A DNA stretch of 57,804 nucleotides from positions 1,870 through 59,673 of the forward strand of contig CAZPWO010000001.1 of NCBI GenBank assembly GCA_964590525.1, in the 5' to 3' direction. The notes beneath the pieces were generated by a model. That model saw only the letters and a program-made list of their open reading frames with translations. It was not told where the DNA came from and searched no databases. Positions 38,981-48,692 of the stretch are shown one piece after another. Positions within the stretch are counted from its first letter, which is position 1. Each line of letters begins with the position of its first letter. This DNA comes from an uncultured Herbinix sp. Lineage in GTDB: Bacteria; Bacillota; Clostridia; Lachnospirales; Lachnospiraceae. A program made the position numbers and the translations under genes.

Positions 38981-39691
38981 CTATAAACCTTCTTCATTAA
39001 TGTATTGCATGATTCCCAAATGAATGGCCCAGGCCATTTCATTCTGATATTCCTCTTCTATTAACAGGTCTGCTTCTTGATAATTGGATAGATAACCACA
39101 CTCTACAATTACCAATGGACACTCTGTGTGCTTCAACATATAATAATTAGTATTAGATTTGGCCTTCCTATGATTATCATCCTTAATAGAATCCTTCAGC
39201 TGTTTCTGAAGAATTTCAGCTAGTCTCTTACCTTCTGTAGACCTTGAATGATAAAAAACCTGGGCACCTTTTACAGCTTCCTGTGCAAAACTATTTTGAT
39301 GAATACTAATAGAAAAATCCGCTTGGGAAGAATGTATTATCTCAACCCTCTTTCTTAAATCCGCCCCCTTCTTATTACTATCCGTCTCTTCATATAAACC
39401 TATATCCTCTTCCCTTGTCATAACAACCTTAATGTCATTTTGCTCTAACAAAGTCTTCAATCTCATAGCAATCTCAAGGTTAATATCCTTCTCCAAAGCA
39501 TTATTAACAGCAACCTTGCCCGGATCCCTTCCCCCATGTCCAGGATCTATTACAACAACCACCCTATCTTCAACCTCTCCACCTGAACCAAAAACATTCC
39601 TCATCACTCCAATAGCCTTATCCGAAGTAAAAACCCTAACCAACAAAATCAATATCAAAAAAACAACAGTAAAGTACTTCTTCATAAACAT
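38981..39691 (-). CDS. cwlD: N-acetylmuramoyl-L-alanine amidase, CwlD-like
   Basis: DPGHGG, EKDINL, SIHQN, GAQVFY, VECGYLSN; sigmaE-like promoter upstream. Confidence 0.8.
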   Translation of the reverse strand: MFMKKYFTVVFLILILLVRVFTSDKAIGVMRNVFGSGGEVEDRVVVVIDPGHGGRDPGKVAVNNALEKDINLEIAMRLKTLLEQNDIKVVMTREEDIGLYEETDSNKKGADLRKRVEIIHSSQADFSISIHQNSFAQEAVKGAQVFYHSRSTEGKRLAEILQKQLKDSIKDDNHRKAKSNTNYYMLKHTECPLVIVECGYLSNYQEADLLIEEEYQNEMAWAIHLGIMQYINEEGL

Positions 39692-39715
39692 ACATCCACA
39701 TAAAAGGCTCTATAC

Positions 39716-39744
39716 ATCCTATGAAAAAACCAACCGTCCTATTC
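39716..39744 (-). promoter_or_regulatory. Putative sigmaE promoter of cwlD
   Basis: GAATAGG-14 nt-CATAGGAT. Confidence 0.55.
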
Positions 39745-39750
39745 TTCCGT

Positions 39751-40019
39751 CAACCATTTAAAGCCGTCGGTACTTAGGTCATGTCCCCTGCAACCACACC
39801 CCAAAACAAAGCTATGTTATTTACACCGCCAACCCCAGGAACAATATTAATAATGGTTTTTTCAACTATTTGAAGCAGTCGGTACTTAGGTCATGTCCTC
39901 TATGACCACACACCAAAACAAAGCTATGTTATTTACACCGCCAACCCCAGGAACAATATTAATAATGGTTTTTTCAACTATTTGAAGCAGTCGGTACTTA
40001 GGTCATGTCCTCTATGACC
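39751..40019. repeat. 112-bp tandem repeat (~2.4 copies) carrying the left half of the palindromic element
   Basis: caac(c/t)attt.aagc.gtcggtacttaggtcatgtcc at 39751, 39863, 39975; ggaacaatatt at 39838 and 39950. Confidence 0.95.
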
Positions 40020-40083
40020 TTACGTACCGCTACAGCTTCAACTAAGCGGGAGCGGGTTGAAAAAACATTATTAATATTGTTCC
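39950..40083. repeat. 134-bp palindromic REP/ERIC/MITE-like element, copy 2
   Basis: Terminal inverted repeats 39950-39978 and 40056-40083; stems ttgaagc/gcttcaa, cggtac/gtaccg, aggtcat/atgacct; loop gtcctct. Confidence 0.85.
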
Positions 40084-40092
40084 GTTAACCAT

Positions 40093-41799
40093 TTACTCCC
40101 CAATATACTTGCTAATAACCCCCCAGACCTCTGGTCTTTCTAGTCCCAGCTTCCATGCTGCTACCCCACCAATGTCTGCCTCCTTAATTACTTTCATTTT
40201 TTCTTCTATAGATTTCACTTCCTCTTGCCACATCTTATAAGTAAATCCGTCTTTTTCTACTTCTACATAGTAACTACCATATGCATTATCCCACTTTGCT
40301 TGGGCATTATTTTCTTCAATCCATGTTAAAGCAGGGGTCATAGCCAGATCTCTGTCCCTTGATACATCTCCATCTTCCGTTTCTCTCCATAGCCTAGTGT
40401 AAAAGGGAATAGCTATAATGGCCTTTTCCTTAGGAATCTCTTTAACTATATTCCTGGCAGCATCCTCCACAAATCCAATAGAGGAATTAGGTCCAGCAGA
40501 CTCTGAACCAGCATAATGTTCATCATAGACCATTAAAATTATATAATCTAATATTTCCCCTTGTTCTTCCCTATCATAATGTGCCTTAAAAGGTGGAACA
40601 AAATTATCAACTGAAAGAACTATCTCTTCATTCCTGCATCTTACAGATAACTCTCTTAGGAACTGAATATAATGAAGCCCTGTGTCTGGTTGAACCCTCT
40701 CAAAGTCTATATTAATTCCATCCAGCTTGTACTTATCAACCTTATCCATTAGGGAATTGATCAACCCTTCCCTAATAGATGTATATGACAAGAGCTCAAG
40801 CATATCTACCTGAGGACTAAAATCATCAATTAGAGCCCAAACCTCTAATCCTAGTTCATGGGCTTTATTCATATAATCTTCACTTGCAAGGGAAGTAAAA
40901 GCTCCCTCATTATCCACTATACTAAACCATGTAGGAGATACAACATTTACCCCCTCCGTCTGGGAGATTAATTCCTCCAAATTATTTGCCTCATTAGAAC
41001 CAAAGACCTGATGAAAAACAAGATTAACCCTATAATCCCTGGTCTGGTCTGTATATTCAGGCTCTTTGAAACTACTTTCAACCTCCATATAAGCAGATTT
41101 GCCAACATGGTTGTCCCTTACATATCCAATAACCCCTTCCTTGGTCATTACCTTGGAGAATCCTCTCTTAGGGGCTTTGTTTAAATCCACATATAGCAAT
41201 TCATCCCCTATAATAAGGTCATCTAATATGGGACTCTTTATATCTGCCTCTAATCTAAGTTCCGTCTCTTTAGTAACTTCCGTATATAGATAGTCACCCC
41301 ATATATAATCAATTATCACCCTATTAGGGTCTTCATAAAATTCACTTCTTATATCTGAGTACTCTTCAACAAAGTTAAGGGAAATGTAAAGCTCATCTGA
41401 TACCTTTCTAACAAGAGGAGCCTCTGCATTATATAAAGTCTTCTCATGAGATTCAACAGAGTATTCATAACTGCCCTCCTCAGCCCTAATAATTTCTGTA
41501 GGACTAGTGTAAACAATTTTTTCTTCCCTACCATCCCAATAAAATCTATGATTAAATATCTCTACTACTGTTTCATAATCGAGATAAATCTCTTCCTCAA
41601 TTAATTTACCCTTTTTCTCGTATATGTTATCTTGTAATATAATCATTACTTCTTCATCTTCAACCTTATAATAATCAGTTAATTTCATCACTTCATTACT
41701 AGGAGTAAGGTGTTCTTTTATACTTATCCCCATAAAAATTATTATAATTAAAATGATAGTTACAGATCCAAATATCATTATCTTACTTCTTTTGTTCAT
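40093..41799 (-). CDS. Membrane-anchored GH18 glycoside hydrolase with SH3-like domain
   Basis: N-terminal TM, VVSPTWF, DGINIDFE, MVYDEH, PFYTRLW, AAWKLG. Confidence 0.9.
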   Translation of the reverse strand: MNKRSKIMIFGSVTIILIIIIFMGISIKEHLTPSNEVMKLTDYYKVEDEEVMIILQDNIYEKKGKLIEEEIYLDYETVVEIFNHRFYWDGREEKIVYTSPTEIIRAEEGSYEYSVESHEKTLYNAEAPLVRKVSDELYISLNFVEEYSDIRSEFYEDPNRVIIDYIWGDYLYTEVTKETELRLEADIKSPILDDLIIGDELLYVDLNKAPKRGFSKVMTKEGVIGYVRDNHVGKSAYMEVESSFKEPEYTDQTRDYRVNLVFHQVFGSNEANNLEELISQTEGVNVVSPTWFSIVDNEGAFTSLASEDYMNKAHELGLEVWALIDDFSPQVDMLELLSYTSIREGLINSLMDKVDKYKLDGINIDFERVQPDTGLHYIQFLRELSVRCRNEEIVLSVDNFVPPFKAHYDREEQGEILDYIILMVYDEHYAGSESAGPNSSIGFVEDAARNIVKEIPKEKAIIAIPFYTRLWRETEDGDVSRDRDLAMTPALTWIEENNAQAKWDNAYGSYYVEVEKDGFTYKMWQEEVKSIEEKMKVIKEADIGGVAAWKLGLERPEVWGVISKYIGE

Positions 41800-42095
41800 T
41801 TGAAACCTCCCAGTATCTTTTGTCTATAATTATAACATTTTAGCCCCTAAATACGCAAGCCCCCAGTTTTTATTACCAGGGACTTGCTATAGAGGATATT
41901 TCAAATCTTTTTTAAAACTTTCTTAATTAATAAGTTAACTAACAATTTGTCTAATATAAAGTATGGGTGCAAAATTTAAAAACTTTTTCTTTTTATCTTC
42001 TTTTCTCGGATAAGAAGGTCCATTGTGATATGTTATACCATTCTCTTCCCGTCCCATATCTGCAAATTGTATATGCAGTGCTAAGAACTTAATTT

Positions 42096-42719
42096 TTAGA
42101 CAAACATTTCCTTAAACTTTTTAACAACTTCTTTAGATAATTTTGTAGGGTCATCTTGATATGGTGTTGAATCAACCCTTATCTTATTAATGGTTCTTAA
42201 TCTTTGGATTACATTTTTATTAGCACAGGGAATTAATATCTTCCATGTATTGTTTTGCTTTCCTATCTCCGTCTGCTGCATAAAATGTATCAGTTTTTGC
42301 TGGTTCCACTCAGCATGACCACATATAATTATTTTAACATCACACCTTAAAAATTCATCCCAATTATTCTTATAATCATATCCAAAATCCAAGACATAAC
42401 TTTCATAATCGTCAGCCAAAAGTTTGGTTATTAGCTTGGAATTTCCGTTCTTATAAAAATCAATATTAGCAAATGAGAAAAAATTCGTCTCCTCTTTGCT
42501 CCACTGGAACACTTTTTGTAAACGGTTAAAGTCACTGTGTTCATTACTTTCTACTAATGCTGTTTTTCTACCTAGATTTTCACCCATGAAAAAAGAGATC
42601 ATAATACTAGTATAGGTTACCCCTGCTCCTGGATGGACCCCCATAAGGCCAATAATATTTCTAGGATGACACCTACCATCTTCTCTTAATTTTCGAAAAA
42701 GCATTGGCTTTTTGTCCAT
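42096..42719 (-). CDS. Degenerate MinD/ParA/CpaE-like P-loop protein
   Basis: IIGLMGVHPGAGVTY (Walker A without Lys), TALVE, YVLDFG. Confidence 0.7.
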   Translation of the reverse strand: MDKKPMLFRKLREDGRCHPRNIIGLMGVHPGAGVTYTSIMISFFMGENLGRKTALVESNEHSDFNRLQKVFQWSKEETNFFSFANIDFYKNGNSKLITKLLADDYESYVLDFGYDYKNNWDEFLRCDVKIIICGHAEWNQQKLIHFMQQTEIGKQNNTWKILIPCANKNVIQRLRTINKIRVDSTPYQDDPTKLSKEVVKKFKEMFV

Positions 42720-44076
42720 CCTGTCCTCCTATTCCTTTGTAAAAACAATGTTCACTAGCAGAAAAAGACTTGCTAAATGGATCAGGGTTATAGGGAATTC
42801 GATAACAATGCCTATGTTCCATACTTTTCATAGCTTGTTGAAACATCTTACCATCCAGGTAATTGAATAGATAAATAATATCTTCATATTCTGTTACCAT
42901 CTCCAATACCCTTTCTGCATATTCCAACTCCCAGTCCTTAGCACCTAATAGAAGAAGTTTAACGTCTGCACTAAGAAAGGCAGATAAATTGTCCTTAGTA
43001 AGACAACCAAAATCATGAACTATAAAATCATATTGTTTTATCTTATGAATATGGCCTTCTTCTTTGTCTTCATAGGGTACCATGGGAATAGATCCAATTT
43101 GTAATAAGCCTTCTTTCCGCTCAATATACCCATATCGTTTCCTGATTTTTCTTACACAATTGCTATTATTGTTCTCCTTATACAGGCACTTACTTTCATA
43201 AGAAGATAAATAAGTGGATAAGCGAAAACATAGGTGGCTTGTTCCTATCCTTGCTTGCACACCTGCAACAGCATATTGTATAGGTTGACTTGATTCATTA
43301 ACTAACGTAACTTTTCTTCTGATTGAAGATAATTCTCTACTAATACGGGATACACAAGGATACCTCTGGGATGGATTTACCTTAAGACAGCGATTTATAA
43401 TTTTCTTTAAGCGTTTGGAGCAATTCCTACTAGCATCAATATTATCTATTTCACTAATATCTGCTTTAAAGTACTGGCCTGTTACCATATAGTATAACAA
43501 CATACCAATACCATAAACATCACTTCGTTCATCCACCTTGTTCCTACCATAAAGTTCTGGAGCTGCATAACCTTTTGTGCTATAAAAACTTTTTTTCTTA
43601 TGAACTTCATCCAGATAGACTGCACTATCAAAATCAATTAATTTAACTGCATCTTTACTAATAATAATGTTATCAGGTTTTAGATCAAGATATAACAATG
43701 GGCGCTTTATTGAATGAATATATTGAATTAAATCACAGATTTGCATAGAAAAGCCTAATATTGTTTCCTCTCTTAATTTTCCTTCTTTATTGACATATTC
43801 CTTTAAAGTTAGACCTTCAAGATATTCTTCAATAATATAGGAACCATATTTATCTTTTTCAATATCATAAACTATAGGAATAGATGGATGAAAAAGTGAT
43901 TTTAAAATATATGCTTCGTTTTGCCTTGCTTCATATAAGGGGTGTTCTTTGGGAATGAATTTTATTACACGATAAGAATTTAATAAGATATGTTCAGCTA
44001 GATAAACATTTGATTTACTTTCACCAGCTAAAGATTTAATTATACGATACTTTTTAAACCATATTTCCTGTGTCAT
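42673..44076 (-). CDS. Soluble Hanks-type Ser/Thr kinase fused to a degenerate P-loop domain
   Basis: VIK, DLKPDN, DFD, YAAPE, SDVYGIG; C-terminal AVAGVQARIGTSH and IVHDFG; GAAAGGAGG RBS. Confidence 0.85.
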   Translation of the reverse strand: MTQEIWFKKYRIIKSLAGESKSNVYLAEHILLNSYRVIKFIPKEHPLYEARQNEAYILKSLFHPSIPIVYDIEKDKYGSYIIEEYLEGLTLKEYVNKEGKLREETILGFSMQICDLIQYIHSIKRPLLYLDLKPDNIIISKDAVKLIDFDSAVYLDEVHKKKSFYSTKGYAAPELYGRNKVDERSDVYGIGMLLYYMVTGQYFKADISEIDNIDASRNCSKRLKKIINRCLKVNPSQRYPCVSRISRELSSIRRKVTLVNESSQPIQYAVAGVQARIGTSHLCFRLSTYLSSYESKCLYKENNNSNCVRKIRKRYGYIERKEGLLQIGSIPMVPYEDKEEGHIHKIKQYDFIVHDFGCLTKDNLSAFLSADVKLLLLGAKDWELEYAERVLEMVTEYEDIIYLFNYLDGKMFQQAMKSMEHRHCYRIPYNPDPFSKSFSASEHCFYKGIGGQDGQKANAFSKIKRRW

Positions 44077-44387
44077 TACCTCCTTTCATATGATCAATCA
44101 GAATATATGAATCTAAGTCTGCATATATTGTAACCATTTTGTGGGAAATGTTCAAGTGCTTTCTACACCTATTTTCCACCAAAGTTTTTTGTATATTTTG
44201 TTTAGTTTGCCATACTATATTATATTTGATTATATAATTATGTTAGTAAGTGTTCATATAAAATTCATATCTAAGTGTATTGACTTTAAAATGTTTTTAT
44301 CCTATACTTTCAGTACACCGATAGAAGTAAGTGTTTAGAGTAACTTTTAATCCGTTCCTGTTTATTTTATAGAAAGGGGTGTACTCT

Positions 44388-45143
44388 ATGAAAATAGAAA
44401 AAATCAATGATAATCAGATTCGTTGTACATTAAGTAAGAATGACCTAATTGACCGCGAGTTAAAAATAAGCGAATTGGCATATGGAACAGAAAAGGCTAA
44501 AACTCTTTTTCGTGATATGATACAGCAAGCTTTTTATGAATTCGGTTTTGAAGTAGAAGATATACCTTTAATGATTGAAGCCATCCCTATTTCACCAGAA
44601 AGCCTGGTCTTAGTAATCACTAAAGTTGAAGATCCCGATGAACTAGATACTCGTTTTTCAAAGTTCTCTTCCCTAGGGAAAGACCTGGATTCAGATGATA
44701 GTAACCAAGACAGCGATTCTTATGCGGATGAAATCATCAATAGTTTTGAGCTAGATGAAACAAACTCAAAAGACAACAACTTTAAAGATTTCTTAGACAT
44801 AGATGATTCAGTTCAAGATGAAGATATGCACAAAGTTCAGATTCCTTCGAACTTATCTAAAGTTTTTAGATTCAATTCTCTTAACGAGGTTATTGATATT
44901 GCTGGTGCTTTAGTAGGTTTCTATCGGGGAGTTAATACTCTTTACAAGGACACTACAAAGTCTATATATTATCTTGTAATGACTCAATCAGACCATACTT
45001 TAGAGGACTTTAATAAGTTGTGCAACATTGCTTCAGAATTTGGTAATCCACAACGATACACTTATGCAACCGTTGATTATTATAAAGAACATTACGAAGT
45101 AATCGTTCGAGACCAAGCATTACAAATTTTGTCCGTTATGTAA
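44388..45143 (+). CDS. mecA: ClpC adaptor protein MecA
   Basis: MKIEKINDNQIRC, DLIDREL, FRFNSLNEVI, SEFG, EHYEVI. Confidence 0.88.
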   Translation: MKIEKINDNQIRCTLSKNDLIDRELKISELAYGTEKAKTLFRDMIQQAFYEFGFEVEDIPLMIEAIPISPESLVLVITKVEDPDELDTRFSKFSSLGKDLDSDDSNQDSDSYADEIINSFELDETNSKDNNFKDFLDIDDSVQDEDMHKVQIPSNLSKVFRFNSLNEVIDIAGALVGFYRGVNTLYKDTTKSIYYLVMTQSDHTLEDFNKLCNIASEFGNPQRYTYATVDYYKEHYEVIVRDQALQILSVM

Positions 45144-45167
45144 GATATAAACTGATAAAAATAATAT

Positions 45168-45227
45168 AATAATAGGAGCGTGTCGCATTCTAACTTAAAA
45201 GTTATTTTGCTACACGCCCTTATTATT
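45168..45227. terminator. Bidirectional terminator between mecA and the DUF1858 gene
   Basis: aataataggagcgtgtcgca / tgctacacgcccttattatt imperfect inverted repeat. Confidence 0.65.
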
Positions 45228-45273
45228 GTATTATTTTATGTCAATAAAGTCGCCTCTATTATACATTATCTCA

Positions 45274-45474
45274 TTACTCACCAGTTTGTTTACTGATTCT
45301 CTCCATTAAAACGTCTGGATCCAAACCGTGCACATAAGCCGCCTCTTCTAAAGTCTCTGATTGAGCAGAAGGACACCCTAAGCAGTGCATACCCATCTCC
45401 ATTAATATAGGAACAATACTCTGGTCAGCTGTAATTGCTTGGTTTATTGTCATGTCTTTTGTTATCTGAGCCAT
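45274..45474 (-). CDS. DUF1858 (hybrid-cluster-associated redox disulfide) protein
   Basis: [26 protein letters not shown]; AAGGAGGT RBS. Confidence 0.88.
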   Translation of the reverse strand: MAQITKDMTINQAITADQSIVPILMEMGMHCLGCPSAQSETLEEAAYVHGLDPDVLMERISKQTGE

Positions 45475-45734
45475 AATCTTACCTCCTTAATATATATTAA
45501 ATAAACAGAAAAATTATCTTTGTTGCATATAACTAGACTTTTATTATATATTATCATTTCTTCATCGTCAACTGCTTTTAAAAAATTGTCATAAGTTTAA
45601 TAAATATTGTAGATCTGCTATTCCCCTTACACATAGGGATTTAAGGAATCTACATCTAAGATTCCTTTTTCATAGGACTTGATTTATTAGCCCTTCTATA
45701 TTAAAATGTATTCTGTAATACTATAAATCCCTAA

Positions 45735-45959
<225 letters not shown>

Positions 45960-45989
45960 AGTATTTTAATCAATCTTACATAAAGATTG

Positions 45990-46033
45990 AAGCTATTAGA
46001 TTAACCACACAGGAAAAATCTAATAGCTTTTTT
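45990..46033. terminator. Terminator between the ferredoxin and the MerR-like gene
   Basis: aagctattagatt / aatctaatagctt followed by a T run. Confidence 0.8.
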
Positions 46034-46035
46034 AT

Positions 46036-46704
46036 TTAGATATATACATCGTTTTTTTGAAAAAATTTTGATTTTTTTCGTCTTGGTATTTTTGTAGCCG
46101 CCGCTAGGGTCCTACCGCTTTGGTAATCCCTTAATGTAGCATCAAACTTCCTATAACGCTCTTCCTCTTTTTCCTCTTGCAGTCTCATAAGATAATTCAT
46201 CTCTCTTGTAACGCTTTCAGTAACATTATTGCTAATATCCTCTGACAATAAATAATTGTTCTGTCTAAGGGCATCAGTAATAATTTCATTCATAAGCACC
46301 TTAAATTGCTGCATTTTATCATGGGTAACCTTTTGAACATTATGATTACTTTCCTTTGTTAAAAGGCTTGTCTCTTCTTCTCCCTTATCAAGCTCTTCAT
46401 CCTTATACATCTCTAACACCCTTCCATTCAATTTATCTTTTAGACGACAAGTAGTCATTTGATCTAGCTTGTCCATCTTATGTATATTAGGTAGAAGCAT
46501 TTTAATAGCCTTAAGCTGAAATCCCTGTTCTTTAAGCCCTTTAACCTTTTTTAGAAGTTCAATATCTGCTTCTCTATAATAACGATGACCTAATTCATTA
46601 CGTTGGATTGGGAGTTCCAACTCTTCTTCCCAATATCTTAGTACATGGGATTCAACTTCAACTCTCTTTGATGCCTCAGAAATCATAAATCTTACTTCAC
46701 CCAT
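46036..46704 (-). CDS. MerR-type HTH protein with coiled-coil C-terminus (RacA-like architecture)
   Basis: ISEASKRVEVESHVLRYWE, RNELGHRYY; helical C-terminus ending KKSKFF. Confidence 0.8.
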   Translation of the reverse strand: MGEVRFMISEASKRVEVESHVLRYWEEELELPIQRNELGHRYYREADIELLKKVKGLKEQGFQLKAIKMLLPNIHKMDKLDQMTTCRLKDKLNGRVLEMYKDEELDKGEEETSLLTKESNHNVQKVTHDKMQQFKVLMNEIITDALRQNNYLLSEDISNNVTESVTREMNYLMRLQEEKEEERYRKFDATLRDYQSGRTLAAATKIPRRKKSKFFQKNDVYI

Positions 46705-46812
46705 CTATTAACCTCCCTGTATTTGTAATTCTTTACCGCTTTTTACATTATAACATAGCAATCATCTATTGCAATATAATTACTTCATTTATTTCTAAAA
46801 CTTATCGACAGA

Positions 46813-46846
46813 AAAAGGGGCAACCTCAAGGAAGGTTACCCCTTTC
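46813..46846 (-). terminator. Terminator after dnaB
   Basis: aaaaggggcaacct / aggttacccctttc. Confidence 0.7.
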
Positions 46847-46859
46847 AACAATATAACTT

Positions 46860-48188
46860 CTAATGCTCTAAATTTCCAAATTTTGTGTATTGTGATAACC
46901 ATGCTAATTTTACAGTTCCTGTAGGACCATTTCTTTGCTTACCAATTATAACTTCAGCAACTCCTGGCTCTTCTGTGTCATGGTTATAATATTCATCACG
47001 ATAAATAAACATAACTATATCAGCATCCTGCTCAATTGCTCCAGACTCTCTTAAATCAGAAAGCATTGGCCTTTTGTCCGGTCTTTGTTCCACTGCACGA
47101 CTTAACTGAGACAATGCTACAACTGGCACATCAATCTCCCTAGCAAGTGCTTTTAGGGATCTAGAAATTTCAGAAATTTCCTGCTGTCTTGACTCAGCCC
47201 TCTTGCTTCCTGACATTAATTGAAGATAGTCAATAATAACTAGCCCTAAATTCTTTTCTAGCTTTAGTTTACGACACTTTGAACGCAATTCACTGACTGA
47301 TATAGAAGAAGTATCATCAATAACCAGGTTTGAATTACCAATCACCCTAGCACTCTCCATTAGATCGCCCCATTCATCACTAGATAAGGATCCAGTTCTA
47401 ATATTTTGAGAATCCACTCTTGAATTCATCGCTAAGAAACGTTTAACCAATTGATCTTTTGACATCTCCAAACTAAAGATAGCTGTTGTAACATCAGACT
47501 TAACCGCTGCATATTCAGCTATATTTAGAGCTAATGCTGTTTTACCCATAGACGGTCTAGCTGCTATAAGTATCAAGTCGGATTTCTGAAGCCCTGCCGT
47601 CTTATAGTCCAAGTCATAAAAACCTGTAGCTACACCTGTTACGTTACCTTTGTTTTTGGCTGCCGCCTCTATACTATCTATTGAGTTAAGAACAATTTCC
47701 TTAATATCAACAAATTCTTTAGAGCCTCGATTTTGTATAATATCAAATACTTGTTTTTCTGTCTTATCTAATATATCATCTAAACTCTCTTTATCTAAAT
47801 AACATGAGTTAGCCGTCTCCTCAGACGCCTTTATAAGCCTTCTCAAGATTGCCTTTTCTCTTACAATCTGAGCATAATATCTTACATTGGCTGAAGTAGG
47901 AACAGCATCCACCAAATCTCTTATAAACTCTAAACTACTTACTTGGGCAGGCACATCCTTTTCTCTTAACCTCTCCTGAAGAGTAACCAAATCTACTGGT
48001 TTTCCTTCATTATGAAGTTCCTGCATGGTTTCATATAATACTGCATATTGTTGCTCATAAAAATCCTCACTGGTAATTACCTCGGAGGCTGCTATTATGG
48101 CATCTTTATCCATAATCATAGAACCTATGACAGACTGTTCCGCCTCTGAACTACGTGGTAACACTTTTTTTACAAAAGCTTCATCCAT
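46860..48188 (-). CDS. dnaB: Replicative DNA helicase
   Basis: AARPSMGKT, FSLEM, IIDYLQL, LSQLSR, DLRESGAIEQDAD, KQRNGP. Confidence 0.98.
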   Translation of the reverse strand: MDEAFVKKVLPRSSEAEQSVIGSMIMDKDAIIAASEVITSEDFYEQQYAVLYETMQELHNEGKPVDLVTLQERLREKDVPAQVSSLEFIRDLVDAVPTSANVRYYAQIVREKAILRRLIKASEETANSCYLDKESLDDILDKTEKQVFDIIQNRGSKEFVDIKEIVLNSIDSIEAAAKNKGNVTGVATGFYDLDYKTAGLQKSDLILIAARPSMGKTALALNIAEYAAVKSDVTTAIFSLEMSKDQLVKRFLAMNSRVDSQNIRTGSLSSDEWGDLMESARVIGNSNLVIDDTSSISVSELRSKCRKLKLEKNLGLVIIDYLQLMSGSKRAESRQQEISEISRSLKALAREIDVPVVALSQLSRAVEQRPDKRPMLSDLRESGAIEQDADIVMFIYRDEYYNHDTEEPGVAEVIIGKQRNGPTGTVKLAWLSQYTKFGNLEH

Positions 48189-48219
48189 AGTGTATCCTCC
48201 CCCTAATAAATCAAAAGCT

Positions 48220-48666
48220 CTAAACTGTTTTCACCTTAAGATCTATCTGGGCTGTTACTTGAGGATGTAGCCTAACTGACAGTTTGTAATCTCCAGCATT
48301 TTTAATTGGTTCCTGTAACTGAACTTTCTTTCTATCTAGTTCTAAACCATGTTGTTCTTCTAAAGAAGCTACAATCTCCATTGTAGTAATTGATCCAAAT
48401 ACCTTACCACCTTCACCTGCTTTAAGCTCCATATTAACTGTTTTGTTCTCTAACTTTTTTCCAAATTCCTGTGCTTCAATCAGAATTTCTTCTTCTTCCC
48501 TTTTTTCTGCAGCCTTTTTCTTTTTAAGCTGATTAATATTCTGTTTCGTTGCCTCAACACCTAGTTTCTTCGGTATTATATAATTTCTTGCATAACCATC
48601 GTTCACATTAACGACTTCACCTTTTTTACCCAAAGCCCTTACATCCTCATTCAAAATTATCTTCAT
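48220..48666 (-). CDS. rplI: 50S ribosomal protein L9
   Basis: MKIIL, LGKKGEVVNVNDGYARNY, FGSIT, LHPQV. Confidence 0.97.
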   Translation of the reverse strand: MKIILNEDVRALGKKGEVVNVNDGYARNYIIPKKLGVEATKQNINQLKKKKAAEKREEEEILIEAQEFGKKLENKTVNMELKAGEGGKVFGSITTMEIVASLEEQHGLELDRKKVQLQEPIKNAGDYKLSVRLHPQVTAQIDLKVKTV

Positions 48667-48692
48667 AATTAAATCCTCCATTCTTTTAAAAA

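Noticed and set aside
41935-42057. 40-aa minus-strand ORF (MGREENGITYHNGPSYPRK...) after the kinase module
   Set aside because: No Shine-Dalgarno sequence and no recognisable motif; cannot be supported without conservation data.
44141-44338. 65-aa ORF upstream of mecA
   Set aside because: AT-rich promoter region between divergent genes; no RBS.
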